In this document: positions 1 through 9,945 of the stretch, one piece after another | Numbering within the stretch: the stretch's first letter is position 1 | Layout of the letters: each line of letters begins with the position of its first letter | NCBI GenBank assembly: GCA_049800095.1 | Contig: JBARJD010000044.1 | Location: 1 to 42,690, forward strand | DNA: 42,690 bases | Direction: 5' to 3' | DNA from: Thermoplasmata archaeon | GTDB lineage: Archaea > Thermoplasmatota > Thermoplasmata > Lutacidiplasmatales > UBA184 | The notes under the pieces: model-generated | What the model saw: the letters and a program-made list of their open reading frames with translations, nothing else | Database searches by the model: none | What the model was told of the DNA's origin: nothing | Program-made: the position numbers and the translations under genes

Positions 1-1351
1 ACATGACCGTGAGCATGGGCAAGAAAAACAGTAGGAAGATGAAAGGGGAATACAGCGTCGTGTAGTAGTAGGCGAGGAAGGGAAGGAGGATGATCCCCGC
101 AACGCCGATGATCAGGATGCCGACCCACGGCTGGTGGGTGGAACGGGTCACGTTGCCCATCCACTTCGGAACCAGCCGGTCGAGCGACATCGACAACATG
201 AATCGCGAAAAGATGTAGAATCCCAGGATCAACCAGAGCAGGTACCACGAAGCCGACCCGAGGAAGATGATGCCCAGCCAGACGGAGCTCCCATGGGCCG
301 CGAACGCGGGCGCCGAGGTCAGACCCATCGCGAACGGCAGGGACGCGCTGGAGGGAAGCGTGGGACCGGGGAAGAAGTAATCGGTGAGCGCCACGGAGCC
401 GTTGAGGAAATTCATCCCGACGACCTGCTCGAAGGTCCAGACTATGAGCACGGCAAACGCGACCGACAGAATGAAGGAGATCGCCATGCCGGACGTAATG
501 CTACGGGATGAGCGCTTGAACTCGCCGGCAATGTAGCTCGGCGCGGTGCCGAACATATAATAAAAGGCGAACAATAATGGCACGAACAATATCGTATTTG
601 TGAGACTCGAGCCGTACGCACCGTACGTGCTCGCGCCGTACGCGGAGACCGTCTGGTAGTACGTCGGGTCGGCCGTGTAGCTGTTCACGGCGTTGATGAA
701 CCCGGTATGTCCCATCGCGAGGAGCAGACCGACCGAAACGAGGATTCCCAGCAACTCGAGGATCAGGAGCGCTGAGAACACCTGGAAAGCGACCTTCGGC
801 TTCATAACGATCCACAGGGCCATGGCGACGAGCGTGACGAGGATTCCGATGACCGTGATGTAGAGGGGATTACCGATGACGAGGCTGATGCTGTTCCCCT
901 CGTTCAACAGGGTTGCGTTGTTCGTGAACGCCCCCCACACCGCGAGGCCCGGTCCGACGCTCAGGGTCGAGAACCAGTACGGAAGGACGGCGGCGTAGAT
1001 GATGACGTTGAGAAGGCGGCCGAACGCGGACAGGATACCGAAGTAGGGATGGAGCTGTCGGGACGCGTAGACGTATTCGCCTCCGGACCTCGGCATCTCG
1101 ATCCCGATCAGCGTGTACGTGACGATGATGGGGATCGCGATCATGGCCGCCAGCAGCACCGCGTCCATCAGGTTCGCGCCGGTGACGAACAACAGGATGA
1201 TCAGGAACAAGCCAAACGCCGGGCCGGGTCCCAAGGAGATCAGGTTGATCGAGAAGGACTCGAAAGCGCCGAGATCCTTGACGAGCCCGCTGGTCTTTCG
1301 CGCGAATACGGTCTTCTCGGTGTCCGCGGTAGATGTGGCCGTGTTGTCCAT
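1..1351 (-). CDS. APC-superfamily amino-acid permease; 3' end runs off the window
   Basis: Not in the ORF track because it has no stop in the window. Reverse-complement reading from ATG at 1351..1349 gives MDNTATSTADTEKTVFARKTSGLVKDLGAFESFSINLISLGPGPAFGLFLIILLFVTGANLMDAVLLAAMIAIPIIVTYTLIGIEMPRSGGEYVYASRQLHPYFG... and stays open to position 1. The product is multi-TM and permease-like. Confidence 0.8.
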   Translation of the reverse strand, partial: MDNTATSTADTEKTVFARKTSGLVKDLGAFESFSINLISLGPGPAFGLFLIILLFVTGANLMDAVLLAAMIAIPIIVTYTLIGIEMPRSGGEYVYASRQLHPYFGILSAFGRLLNVIIYAAVLPYWFSTLSVGPGLAVWGAFTNNATLLNEGNSISLVIGNPLYITVIGILVTLVAMALWIVMKPKVAFQVFSALLILELLGILVSVGLLLAMGHTGFINAVNSYTADPTYYQTVSAYGASTYGAYGSSLTNTILFVPLLFAFYYMFGTAPSYIAGEFKRSSRSITSGMAISFILSVAFAVLIVWTFEQVVGMNFLNGSVALTDYFFPGPTLPSSASLPFAMGLTSAPAFAAHGSSVWLGIIFLGSASWYLLWLILGFYIFSRFMLSMSLDRLVPKWMGNVTRSTHQPWVGILIIGVAGIILLPFLAYYYTTLYSPFIFLLFFLPMLTVM

Positions 1352-1561
1352 TGCAGCACTCCCGGTTAAGGGATCATCGCCCGAACAGACGATTCGGACA
1401 CCGCGGGTTCAGGCGTCCCCACGTTCCTGAAGACCGAACCGGCCCTCCGAGCACGGCCTCGTGAGTCAGTTTCGCTATCTAAACCCACCGATTTCGTCCG
1501 GCGAAAGCTTACCGGACGAAGCGGGCCGAACGCGAATGCCGGGCTTTTCTATTCAGTCACG

Positions 1562-2422
1562 TTGACGTGCTCGATGCAACTCGCGCTGAATCAGTTCGCC
1601 CCCGAGTTTCCTGGACGGGACCACAACTGGGAGTATATTCAGAAAACCGCCGAATCGACAGAAGCGGATATCGTCGTCTTCCCAGAGCTCACATCGTGCG
1701 GCTACATGTACAAGAACCGGGCCGAGATCGAGCCATACACCGACACTCGTACGGCGCTCCGGTCCCTCGAGGACGTCGCTCGGAAGCACCGACGCCTAGT
1801 CATCGGGGGATTTGCCGAACGGGCCGGGGGTCAGTTGTTCAACAGCGCCTACGTCATAGGTCCGGGGCTGAACCGCGTCTACCGGAAAATCCACCTTTGG
1901 AACGTCGAGAACGAACTTTTCGACACGGGCAGCCGGGCGCTCACGTTTGACTTCGGGGGTCACCGCTTAGGTGTTATCGTCTGCTACGACCTGCAATTCC
2001 CTGAACTCGCCGCTTATTACGCCCGGAAGGGGGTCGAGCTCCTGCTAGTCCCCATGGCCTGGGCAGAAGAGCCCGTATCCAACGGCTCCAGTTTACAGAT
2101 ATACAACCATCTCGCGATCTCTACCGCCTTCTCTCACGGCATCTATGTCGGGGTCTCAAACCGAGTGGGTACGGAGCGCGCTGCGGTCTTTCCGGGGCAA
2201 TCCAGCCTCACCGACCCGTACGGTCGGATCCAGCACCTCGGCTCCGAAGAGGGGATTCTCTCCGCCCCGCTCGACTTCTCGCTCCTGACCAAGGCAAAGC
2301 GACCGAGCCCACGTAACGACTTGGACACCGACCCACGACTCAAGATATCGCTTCCACGCGCGAGGGCCGCTCGGCGAACCCCCGGTGCGCACAGCGGCCG
2401 TAGCCGGTCGGCCCGTCGATAG
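1562..2422 (+). CDS. Carbon-nitrogen hydrolase (nitrilase superfamily)
   Basis: 286-aa ORF. It carries the E-K-C triad context FPEL...RKIHLW...VCYDLQFPE typical of CN-hydrolases. The start may instead be the Met at 1574. Confidence 0.85.
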   Translation: MTCSMQLALNQFAPEFPGRDHNWEYIQKTAESTEADIVVFPELTSCGYMYKNRAEIEPYTDTRTALRSLEDVARKHRRLVIGGFAERAGGQLFNSAYVIGPGLNRVYRKIHLWNVENELFDTGSRALTFDFGGHRLGVIVCYDLQFPELAAYYARKGVELLLVPMAWAEEPVSNGSSLQIYNHLAISTAFSHGIYVGVSNRVGTERAAVFPGQSSLTDPYGRIQHLGSEEGILSAPLDFSLLTKAKRPSPRNDLDTDPRLKISLPRARAARRTPGAHSGRSRSARR

Positions 2423-2439
2423 CCCGTCGGCCCGGTCGT

Positions 2440-2880
2440 CTACGGCTTCGGGGGGGCAGCCGCGCCGTCCACCGGGAGTTGCGATGTGCAATGCCCGCAC
2501 CGCGTCGCCGCAATTGGAATGGTCTCGTGGCAGAAAGGACACTCTTTCGTAGTCGGGGCGGCGGCCGCTTCGCGGGCCTTCTTTCGATCCTGGGACAACT
2601 GGTAGGGATACGCGATGGCGAAGAAGACCACGATCATCAAGATCAGGAACGTGATGATGGCGCCGACGAAGGCACCAAAGGTCACTGGGCTACCATTGAT
2701 GGTGATAATGCCTAAGTTCGCGAAGTTGACGTGTCCCGCAGCGGCGATCAGCGGATCGATAATGTCAGAGACAAACGCGGTGATCAAAGCGACGATCGCG
2801 AGACCGACTACGAAGGCAACTGCCAGCGTAACGAGAGTTCCCGAGAGGACGAATTTCTTGAAGTCGGCTGCGATCCCCAT
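2440..2880 (-). CDS. mscL: Large-conductance mechanosensitive channel MscL with C-terminal CxxC...CxxC zinc ribbon
   Basis: FKKFVLSGTLVTLAVAFVVGLAIVALITAFVSDIIDPLI matches the MscL TM1 and periplasmic-loop pattern. There is a second TM helix. The tail reads KECPFCHETIPIAATRCGHC. Confidence 0.9.
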   Translation of the reverse strand: MGIAADFKKFVLSGTLVTLAVAFVVGLAIVALITAFVSDIIDPLIAAAGHVNFANLGIITINGSPVTFGAFVGAIITFLILMIVVFFAIAYPYQLSQDRKKAREAAAAPTTKECPFCHETIPIAATRCGHCTSQLPVDGAAAPPKP

Positions 2881-3221
2881 CTGAATTTCCTTACCACGGG
2901 CGTTCGTGAGATGGCCGTTGGGGTCAAAAGAGTAGCGGCGGGAAGTGCTCCTCTCGAAATCGGATTCCGTTCGGGCGACTTTGTCCTACGTTTCTATCCC
3001 GTCGGGCGGTCCGAGCCCCGATCGGGCGAGACCAGCCATGCAACCTGCCCTTGTCCAAACAGCCCTCGGGGTGCGCCAATGGAGGTGCTTCGAAACTCAT
3101 CCCGATGCCCTATCGATATAGCAGCCCCGGCCAAATCCTTGCGTGGCCCGCGCGTCCCCACGTAACGCTGCCCCGTTGCCGGACGGGCCGCCGGACCCGG
3201 CGTCCGACCCAGGGACGGGTA

Positions 3222-3241
3222 GGTGCAAGATGCGTTGCACC
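3222..3241. repeat. Intergenic palindrome, perfect copy
   Basis: GGTGCAA gatgcg TTGCACC, followed by CACTT. It lies in the divergent spacer between mscL and the DHFR-like gene. Confidence 0.9.
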
Positions 3242-3394
3242 CACTTCCGGCCCAACGGCGGATCGAATCCTTATTCGTCCATCAGTGGCTTGAATACCGC
3301 CCGGAGCATCGCACAGCTCGGGCCCTCGAAGGCGGCGAGTGAAGGAATCGGGGGACCTAGAGTCCTGAACCGTTGCTCATTTTCTTAGTGCAAC

Positions 3395-3919
3395 ATGAAA
3401 GCGTCTGTCTTCATTGCCACCAGCGTCGACGGCTTCATTGCTCGGAAGGATGGGGGCATCGATTGGTTGCCGGTCGATGGCGGTGAACCCCACGGGTATG
3501 ACGAATTCATGGCCACCGTGGACGCGGTGGTAATCGGACGAAAGACATTCGAGACAGTGATGGGCTTCGATACGTGGCCCTACGAGAAGAAGCCCGTCGT
3601 AGTGCTAAGCACATCACTGCACGACGTGAAAGTCCCCGAGGGGGCGGTCTGTGAAGTCATGACCGGTTCTCCGTCGGAAATCGTCGCCCGACTTACCGAG
3701 CGGCGGGTACGGCACATCTACGTGGACGGAGGCGTCACGATCCGCCGGTTCTTGGAGGCGGGTCTGATTCAAAGCTTGACCATCACTCGGGTGCCGATCC
3801 TCCTGGGAGTAGGAATCCCGTTGTTCGGTACCATCCCGCGCGACACCCGGCTAGAGCACGTGGCCACTCGCTCGTATCCCAGCGGACTGGTCAAGAGCGA
3901 GTACAACGTTCTCCCCTGA
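3395..3919 (+). CDS. Dihydrofolate-reductase-like / RibD C-terminal domain protein
   Basis: N-terminus MKASVFIATSVDGFIARKDGGIDWL, followed by VVIGRKTF and a YVDGG motif, typical of this family. Confidence 0.8.
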   Translation: MKASVFIATSVDGFIARKDGGIDWLPVDGGEPHGYDEFMATVDAVVIGRKTFETVMGFDTWPYEKKPVVVLSTSLHDVKVPEGAVCEVMTGSPSEIVARLTERRVRHIYVDGGVTIRRFLEAGLIQSLTITRVPILLGVGIPLFGTIPRDTRLEHVATRSYPSGLVKSEYNVLP

Positions 3920-4212
3920 CTCCGGGGGAAGCACCGTGCACCCGATCCGCCACGGGCCATCGCCTTTGGCACATTGTGGAGGAGGAATTACAGCACCAAG
4001 GGGGGTTCAATGCATTGCTCTGGCAGATGGACATCGACCCTCCCCTTCGATCGGTCGAAGATTGGTACACTGCAAAGAAGGGCACTCCGTAAGGCCCACC
4101 AAACCGATGAAACCAGTTCCTCGCGATTTGCTCCCGCCTTGCGAGGAACGTGCCCCAAGACGTCAATGCTCGTGATTGAACCAATTGTTTACGTCGTTGA
4201 ACCAAAAACGGA

Positions 4213-4758
4213 GTGATTCCGTGCGCCTCATGCCCTTCGATGAGCGCGTCCCAACCCACCAAGAGCCGTCTTCCCGCGGTGTTTGCCGGCCTCCTCGTGT
4301 TGGACTTCCTCCTAGTTGTCGTGATGCTGGCGACCGACAAAAACCTGCAGACGGATTTTGGGGCCGCTCCCCCGTACTACCTGCACTGGTACGCGGGCCT
4401 CGTTCTCGGAGCCGTGACCCTCCTCCTGGCGGCCGCTGTTCTCGCCACGAACCTTCGTCAGGAACCACGGAGCGGCTCAACTGTGCTTGATCGGTACGCG
4501 TTGGTCGGTGGAGTTGTGTGGAGTTGGCTCGCCATCGCGGGGATGTTTGGGGTCTTGGCAACCTACAAGCAGGTCGGATTTTCCTCCGTGAATCAGTTTG
4601 CCCAGTACCTGTTCGGAGTCTCGGCCTATCCTGGGGCATTGTCCTACATCCCTTGGCTCTACGATCTTCTACTGGGGGTTTTCTTCGTAGCAGCGGTGAC
4701 CGGGGTCATCGCCCTCGTCCAGCGTCGGGCGGAGATTCAGAACTCTGCATCCCACTAG
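4213..4758 (+). CDS. Hypothetical integral membrane protein (4-5 TM)
   Basis: 181-aa ORF with several long hydrophobic segments. No family recognised. The start is uncertain; an alternative Met is at about 4240. Confidence 0.55.
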   Translation: MIPCASCPSMSASQPTKSRLPAVFAGLLVLDFLLVVVMLATDKNLQTDFGAAPPYYLHWYAGLVLGAVTLLLAAAVLATNLRQEPRSGSTVLDRYALVGGVVWSWLAIAGMFGVLATYKQVGFSSVNQFAQYLFGVSAYPGALSYIPWLYDLLLGVFFVAAVTGVIALVQRRAEIQNSASH

Positions 4759-4786
4759 CTCCTGACTCGTCCCGCCGAGGGGACGG

Positions 4787-4837
4787 GGTGCAACGTGACT
4801 TCCGACCACCTTCGCGAGGCGCGCCTCCCGTTGCACC
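4787..4837. repeat. Split/composite copy of the intergenic palindrome
   Basis: GGTGCAA cgtgac TTcCgACC (degenerate arm), then TTGCACC 31 nt after that arm. It lies in the convergent spacer between 4758 and 4860. Confidence 0.6.
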
Positions 4838-4859
4838 CCCTGTCACGGCCGGACAGGAG

Positions 4860-5270
4860 TTACTTTCGGCCGCCAGTCACTTTGGGATCAGACGTAAGGA
4901 CCTGGAAGAACAGCAACGAGTTGCCGTCGGGGTCCTTGATGCCAAAATAGCTGATGACATCCGGGACGGTCTTAATCTCGGCCGCGTGAACTCCGGCCGT
5001 TCTGATTCTCTCTCGCTCCCCGGAAATGTCGCGTACTTCGAACTGAAACACCCAACTTGACGGTTGGACCTTTCCCTTGACGATTTGAAGCCGAGCATCA
5101 CCAACCTTGAATTCAATATTGCCAGGAAATGGTTCCAAGTCGGGCCCATGGCCCAGAAGTCGCGAATACCGATCTCGCGACTTTTCCAGGTCACTGACCG
5201 ATATTTCTGTAATGGTTTCCCTGACAACTATCGAGATTTGTTTGCGCTGATTCGCCATGGCCCGAGTCAA
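4860..5270 (-). CDS. VOC (glyoxalase/bleomycin-resistance) family protein
   Basis: 136 aa. The pattern ...ISVSDLEKSRDRYSRLLG...FGIKDPDGNSLLFFQ fits the paired beta-alpha-beta-beta-beta VOC fold. Confidence 0.7.
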   Translation of the reverse strand: MTRAMANQRKQISIVVRETITEISVSDLEKSRDRYSRLLGHGPDLEPFPGNIEFKVGDARLQIVKGKVQPSSWVFQFEVRDISGERERIRTAGVHAAEIKTVPDVISYFGIKDPDGNSLLFFQVLTSDPKVTGGRK

Positions 5271-5707
5271 TTGGCTCCGTCAATTGGACTTTTCCGGGGG
5301 TTGACGGGTCGTTGGGCCCGACACCAAGCTTCGATCGTGAGGATCAAGTCGAAGGACGGTGTTCAGAGATCCGAGATGCATTTCCTTTGCAGCCGGCTCA
5401 AAGTTATGTGGTAAGGCCGATGAAGCGGCAGTGTCGAACCGACGCTGGATAGGTGGCCAGAGCCCGCAATCTCAAACAGAGCATCTCACCGTCTCAACGA
5501 GGAAATTTCCCTGGGCCCCCGGAGGCCCCCACCGTTTGGGGAGCGCCATAGATCAGGAACGTAGGTTTTCCCCCCGGCCTTTGTCCAGTTCGGGTCTTGG
5601 CACGTACCCCAGCCGCTCGGGTCCGAACAACGCATTCCGCTTTCAAATTTTCAGTCTCGGCGCCACAAGATTAAAGAAGTGACTCTGTCAAGACATACCG
5701 AACGGCG

Positions 5708-7800
5708 ATGTGTATGCGTGCGCGTGAATCCTCTAGCCTTGCAATTGCGGCCCTGGCAGCTCTCGTCTGTCTAGTTCTGGTGGTCCTGTCCGGAGCCCCC
5801 ACCACGCTATCGGCCACTGCTGCCCGCGCCGCTTCATCCCCCACCGCGCCGATGACGACCCCATCGCAATCAGCCTCTCCGGAGTCGGCTCTACACACCC
5901 CAGACCCGTCCTCGGGTTTTGCCGCCGCGCCGGTCCTGTCCCTAGACGGTCAGTCACCGGCGGCGATCGGGTTGAGTTGGACCGACACAACAAGCGGCAC
6001 GTTCACCAACTATACGGTGCTCGAAGCGAGCCAAATGTCCGGTTGGACCTACTCGACGGCCGCTGTGGTCACCAATGCGGGAACTACCACTGACGTGGCG
6101 TCGGGACTTTCCCCCGGTGCAATCTACGATTGGGAAGTGGAAGAGAACTACCAGACTTGCGTTCTCTTCCTCTGCACACCCAATTCCGTCGCGACGAATG
6201 TGCTCAACCTGACTCAACCCACAGTGGCATACGTGAATGCTACCGGGATTACCTCGACCAGTGCGACGCTCAATTGGAATAACAACGCGACCTACAGCTC
6301 TCTGATCGCGTTCGAGTCGTATGCGGTTTGGGACGAGGTCAATGGCGCCTCCCCGACGCTGGTAACGACGATCAGCTCTGAGGCAGTGACCTCCTACGTT
6401 GTGACGCTGCTGGCCGGTACCAGCTACTCGTTCTTCCTCAAGACGTCGGACTGCGTCTCCGGCTGCGGCGGAGGAGCCCCTGCATCCAGCGTAACACAAT
6501 CCAATCTCATCACCCTCGGCACGCCCCAAACCCTGTCGGTGACGGTCTTCGCGCAGCACTCGACAATCGACCTAGGCCAATCCGATTACTTCACCTGTAC
6601 TCCCAACGGTGGCAAGTCTCCGTTCAGCTACGCATGGAACTTCGCAACCGGAACGTACGTTTCCGGCAACGCCAGTGAAAGCGTGACCCTTTCCACGATG
6701 GGCGCCCTCACCGTGCATTGCCAGATCGCCGACGCGGAGCCGTCGACGGCGTCGTCGAGCGTCGGTGTCCAGGTGAACCCCCCCCTCGAGGTGACTCTGA
6801 CCAAGAATCGTACCTCAGCGGACGTCGGGCAGTCCATTGCGTTCACTTGTTCGATCGTGAATGGGACCACCCCGTACACCATTTCCTGGGCCTTCGGCGA
6901 TGGATCGACATCCACGCTCGAATCGCCTACATATGCTTACTCCAACCCCGGGAACTACGCACCCACGTGCCTGGTCTCTGACAGCGTGGGTGCCGAGCAA
7001 GCCCCCTCGACTCCCATTGTGATCAGTCCGACGCTCGACGTTCGCGCCACCGCGTCCTCGGTGACCGCGGCCCTCGGGACTCTACTCGGGTTCACCGCCG
7101 TCGCATCGAACGGCTCCGGTGACTACCTCAACTACACCTGGAACTTCGGCTCCGGCGTTACTGCGAAGGGGGTTCAAGTCAACCACTCGTTCTCCTCGAC
7201 GCAGGATTCTCCGATCACGGTGAAGGTCACAGATTCGAATGGGGCCTCCGAGACGGGCACCGTCACGGTCAACGTGAACGCCATTGTGGTTTCAGTGACC
7301 CCTCTGGTGACTTCGGTCGCAACCGGGAAATCCGTCACGTTCACGGCCTCTGCCTCGGGTGGGGCAGGGGGGCCATACAATTTCACGTGGACCTTCGGCG
7401 ATGGTACGACCGGATATGGGCCTCAGTCGCTCACGTCTATGCCGTCGCCGGAAATGAGGCTCCCATCCTCATCGTAAAGGACCGGTTGGGCGCATCCAAA
7501 ACTACCCCACTCCCCGGAATCCGCGTCTTCGTTCCTCCGGGACCCTTCGCATGGTTCACTTGGTGGGTGGCCCTGGGAATCGCGATCGGGATTGCGGTGA
7601 TCCTCGGGCTCGTGGTCCTGGTCATGCGTCGTCGGACGGCCGCCGCCGAGCTCGAGCGGGGGGCTCCCCCCTACATCCCGCCCACGAACCCGAAGGAGAC
7701 CATCTTCGGAGCGAAGAAGTGCGCGTTCTGCGGGACTCAGAATCTGCCCGTCCGTACCACGTGCGAGCATTGCGGCAACCCACTCGCCCGGGGTCCCTGA
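5708..7800 (+). pseudogene. Secreted FN3/PKD-repeat surface protein with C-terminal TM anchor and cytoplasmic zinc ribbon; reading frame broken near 7418-7420
   Basis: ORF 5708..7477 has a signal/TM segment and repeated W(N/A)FGDG...Y...G.Y PKD units. It stops 20 codons after FTWTFGDGTTGYG. The next frame (track ORF 7387..7800) continues the same PKD unit with SVAHVYAVAGNEAPILIVKDRLG, then a TM helix, then CAFCGTQNLPVRTTCEHCG. Confidence 0.75.
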
Positions 7801-7863
7801 ACTTTGAGTAAGGCCCGGTGCAGTTACCATTCCACCCACCAGCGCCGGGCCGACGGGAGCGCG

Positions 7864-9789
7864 TCAGGCTAGGTTCATTCGCTTGAGGGCGGCTTGGAAT
7901 CTCGGGTCCCGGCGCATCGGCTCGAGGTTGGGAAAGTAACGGAATGCCCACACCCACAGTACGTGATGATCGATCGCCTTGTTGAGCCACCGGAAGGCTC
8001 CATCCAGATCCCCTACCTGGGCGTACACAACGGCAACCTCCCAGTCGATCTGAGGGATTTCGGGGAGTGTCTCCTGCACCTGCAGGTAGGCTTTCGCCTT
8101 TTCTATCTCGCCAGAAAGGGACCAAACCCAGGCGTGCAGGATGTCCGCGTCCCGCCCTTCGGGAAGAGTCGCGTGCCATTCATTGAGCACCTTGACCGTC
8201 TGGGCCGTATCGGATCCACCGATATGGTACCATGCCAAGGCTCCCAACCAGTAGCCTGGGGACGGGTTCAAGGCCCGTAGTTTTTCGATAGTCGCCCATG
8301 CTTCCTCTCTCCGGTCTAGCCAGGTCAGAATATTGGCCAGCGAAAACAGAGTGAAAATGGAAAGCGGGTCCGCGGCTTCGGCGAGCCGCAGATGTTCGAT
8401 GGCCTCTTCGGTGCGCCGTTGTTCCAGTAGGACAAACCCGTACCATCGATGGGCGCGCGCGTCGCTGGGATTGAGAGATATAGCCAACTCCAACTCTTTC
8501 TCAGCCGCGGCGTGTTCGTAATCCTCCGAAAGTATCCCTCCGAGCGCAACATGTGCATCGGATAAACCGGGATTAAGCTCAATTGCGCGGTTGGCGAGTT
8601 GTCGACTCCTGCTATCCCATTCCGCCCGCGGTCCACCGCCGGCATCGGACCCGATCTGACGGACCGCGATCGCCAAAGCGGAGTAGGCGGCGGCGTTGTT
8701 CTCGTCGAGGGCGATGGCCAATTCGAACTGTTCCTTCGCCTGCCTGAGCCGTTCGGCCCCTGGATCGTGCGAGAGAGTTTGGCCCTTTAGATAGGCTAGA
8801 TAAGATTCAGGCCGAATCGGCGCTCGCCTGTCCAAACGCTGCCTCTCTTCGGATTGCAATTCGACGTTTAGGGCCTCCGCCACCTGGGTAGCAATATCGG
8901 ATTGAACGACGAACACGTCATCGAGTTCGCGATCGTATGACTTGGCCCAGACGTGCGCCTCAGAACCGGCGTTGATGAGCTGCGCTGTGATTCGAAGACG
9001 GTTGCCCGCTTTTCGGACGCTCCCTTCCAGTACGGAACTGACCCCCAACTCGGCTCCAATTTGAGCGACGGACTTGGAACTGGATTTGTACGGCATTACG
9101 GACGTTCGTGCAATGACCTGGAGGTTGCGTAATTGGGAGATCACCGTGATCAACTCCTCCGTAAGCCCATCGGCGAAGTACTCGTCCTTCAGGTCGGGAC
9201 TGATGCTCGAGAACGGGAGTACGGCAAGGCGAATCTGGCCAGGACTCAACGTCGAAGCCTCTCGGACGTTCCACGGAAGTACGACCCGATACGTTTCGAT
9301 GGGGTATCGCACGTTCTTGAGCGTTTTCGATTCTAGCCGCTCGAGATTGTTCGGTATCTTGTTCCGGACCTGTCCAAAGACCGGTTCGGTGATGCAGATC
9401 CCGCCCGGTTCCGCCAGCGCCTCGATTCGCGACGCGATGTTTACCGAGTCTCCGACGACGTCGTCCCCTTCGTGCACAACGTCCCCTAGATGTATTCCGA
9501 TTCGAAGGCGAATCTTCGCCGCGTCCCTAGCCGAGAGATTGTGCTCGTGCAAGGCTTGCTGAATTTCGATGGCACATTGGACGCCTTGGAGAGCGCTGTC
9601 GAACTCCACGAGAAACCCGTCTCCCATTGACTTGATTTCTCGGCCGTGGTGGGCAACGAAGAGTGGGCGAACGAGTCGTTGATGGTCCTGGCGCACCTTG
9701 AGTGCCATGGCTTCATCCTCCTGGGCAGAGGACGTGGAACCGACCATGTCGGTGAACATAATCGCCGAGAGCCGCCGACTGGACGCCAC
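7864..9789 (-). CDS. Class III adenylate/guanylate cyclase domain - TolB-N-like domain - TPR repeat protein (paralog 1)
   Basis: Carries MFTDMVGST, KSMGDGFLVEFDS and GDSVNIASRIE cyclase motifs, then LAVLPFSSISPD..YFADGLTEELI, then TPR repeats. I place the start at the GTG at 9789 (MASSRRLSAIMFTD), which matches the N-termini of the two paralogs. Confidence 0.9.
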   Translation of the reverse strand: MASSRRLSAIMFTDMVGSTSSAQEDEAMALKVRQDHQRLVRPLFVAHHGREIKSMGDGFLVEFDSALQGVQCAIEIQQALHEHNLSARDAAKIRLRIGIHLGDVVHEGDDVVGDSVNIASRIEALAEPGGICITEPVFGQVRNKIPNNLERLESKTLKNVRYPIETYRVVLPWNVREASTLSPGQIRLAVLPFSSISPDLKDEYFADGLTEELITVISQLRNLQVIARTSVMPYKSSSKSVAQIGAELGVSSVLEGSVRKAGNRLRITAQLINAGSEAHVWAKSYDRELDDVFVVQSDIATQVAEALNVELQSEERQRLDRRAPIRPESYLAYLKGQTLSHDPGAERLRQAKEQFELAIALDENNAAAYSALAIAVRQIGSDAGGGPRAEWDSRSRQLANRAIELNPGLSDAHVALGGILSEDYEHAAAEKELELAISLNPSDARAHRWYGFVLLEQRRTEEAIEHLRLAEAADPLSIFTLFSLANILTWLDRREEAWATIEKLRALNPSPGYWLGALAWYHIGGSDTAQTVKVLNEWHATLPEGRDADILHAWVWSLSGEIEKAKAYLQVQETLPEIPQIDWEVAVVYAQVGDLDGAFRWLNKAIDHHVLWVWAFRYFPNLEPMRRDPRFQAALKRMNLA

Positions 9790-9810
9790 TGCCGGCAAAC
9801 CCCTTCCGTT

Positions 9811-9818
9811 AGATTAAA
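9811..9818 (-). promoter_or_regulatory. TATA-like box of cyclase paralog 1
   Basis: The coding strand reads TTTAATCTAACGGA, centred about 26 nt upstream of the GTG at 9789. The same box is found upstream of paralogs 2 and 3. Confidence 0.6.
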
Positions 9819-9837
9819 CTCCACTGTCATCCAACAG

Positions 9838-9859
9838 GGTGCACAATCTCCATTGCACC
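9838..9859. repeat. Intergenic palindrome, re-spaced variant
   Basis: GGTGCAc aatctcca TTGCACC, with a spacer 2 nt longer than the consensus. It lies between the GT2 stop and the cyclase-1 start. Confidence 0.6.
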
Positions 9860-9945
9860 GTCCACGACGACCGCATCCCGAGGGCGGGCGTGTACGACGG
9901 CGTACGACCACGACTTCTCTCTGGCGGCCGCGGCCGGGCGATGGT

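Noticed and set aside
2478-2504. Palindrome-like string GTGCAAtgcccGCACC inside the 3' end of mscL.
   Set aside because: It has imperfect arms and the wrong spacer length, and it encodes the CGHC zinc-ribbon residues. It is most likely coincidental and was not counted as a copy.
3255-3275. tRNA T-arm-like words: GGATCGAATCC at about 3260, GGGTTCGATGG at about 11807, and GGTTTGGAATCCC at about 23190 near the integrase.
   Set aside because: No complementary T-stem, acceptor stem or anticodon arm can be folded around any of them. I found no tRNA or rRNA gene in the window.
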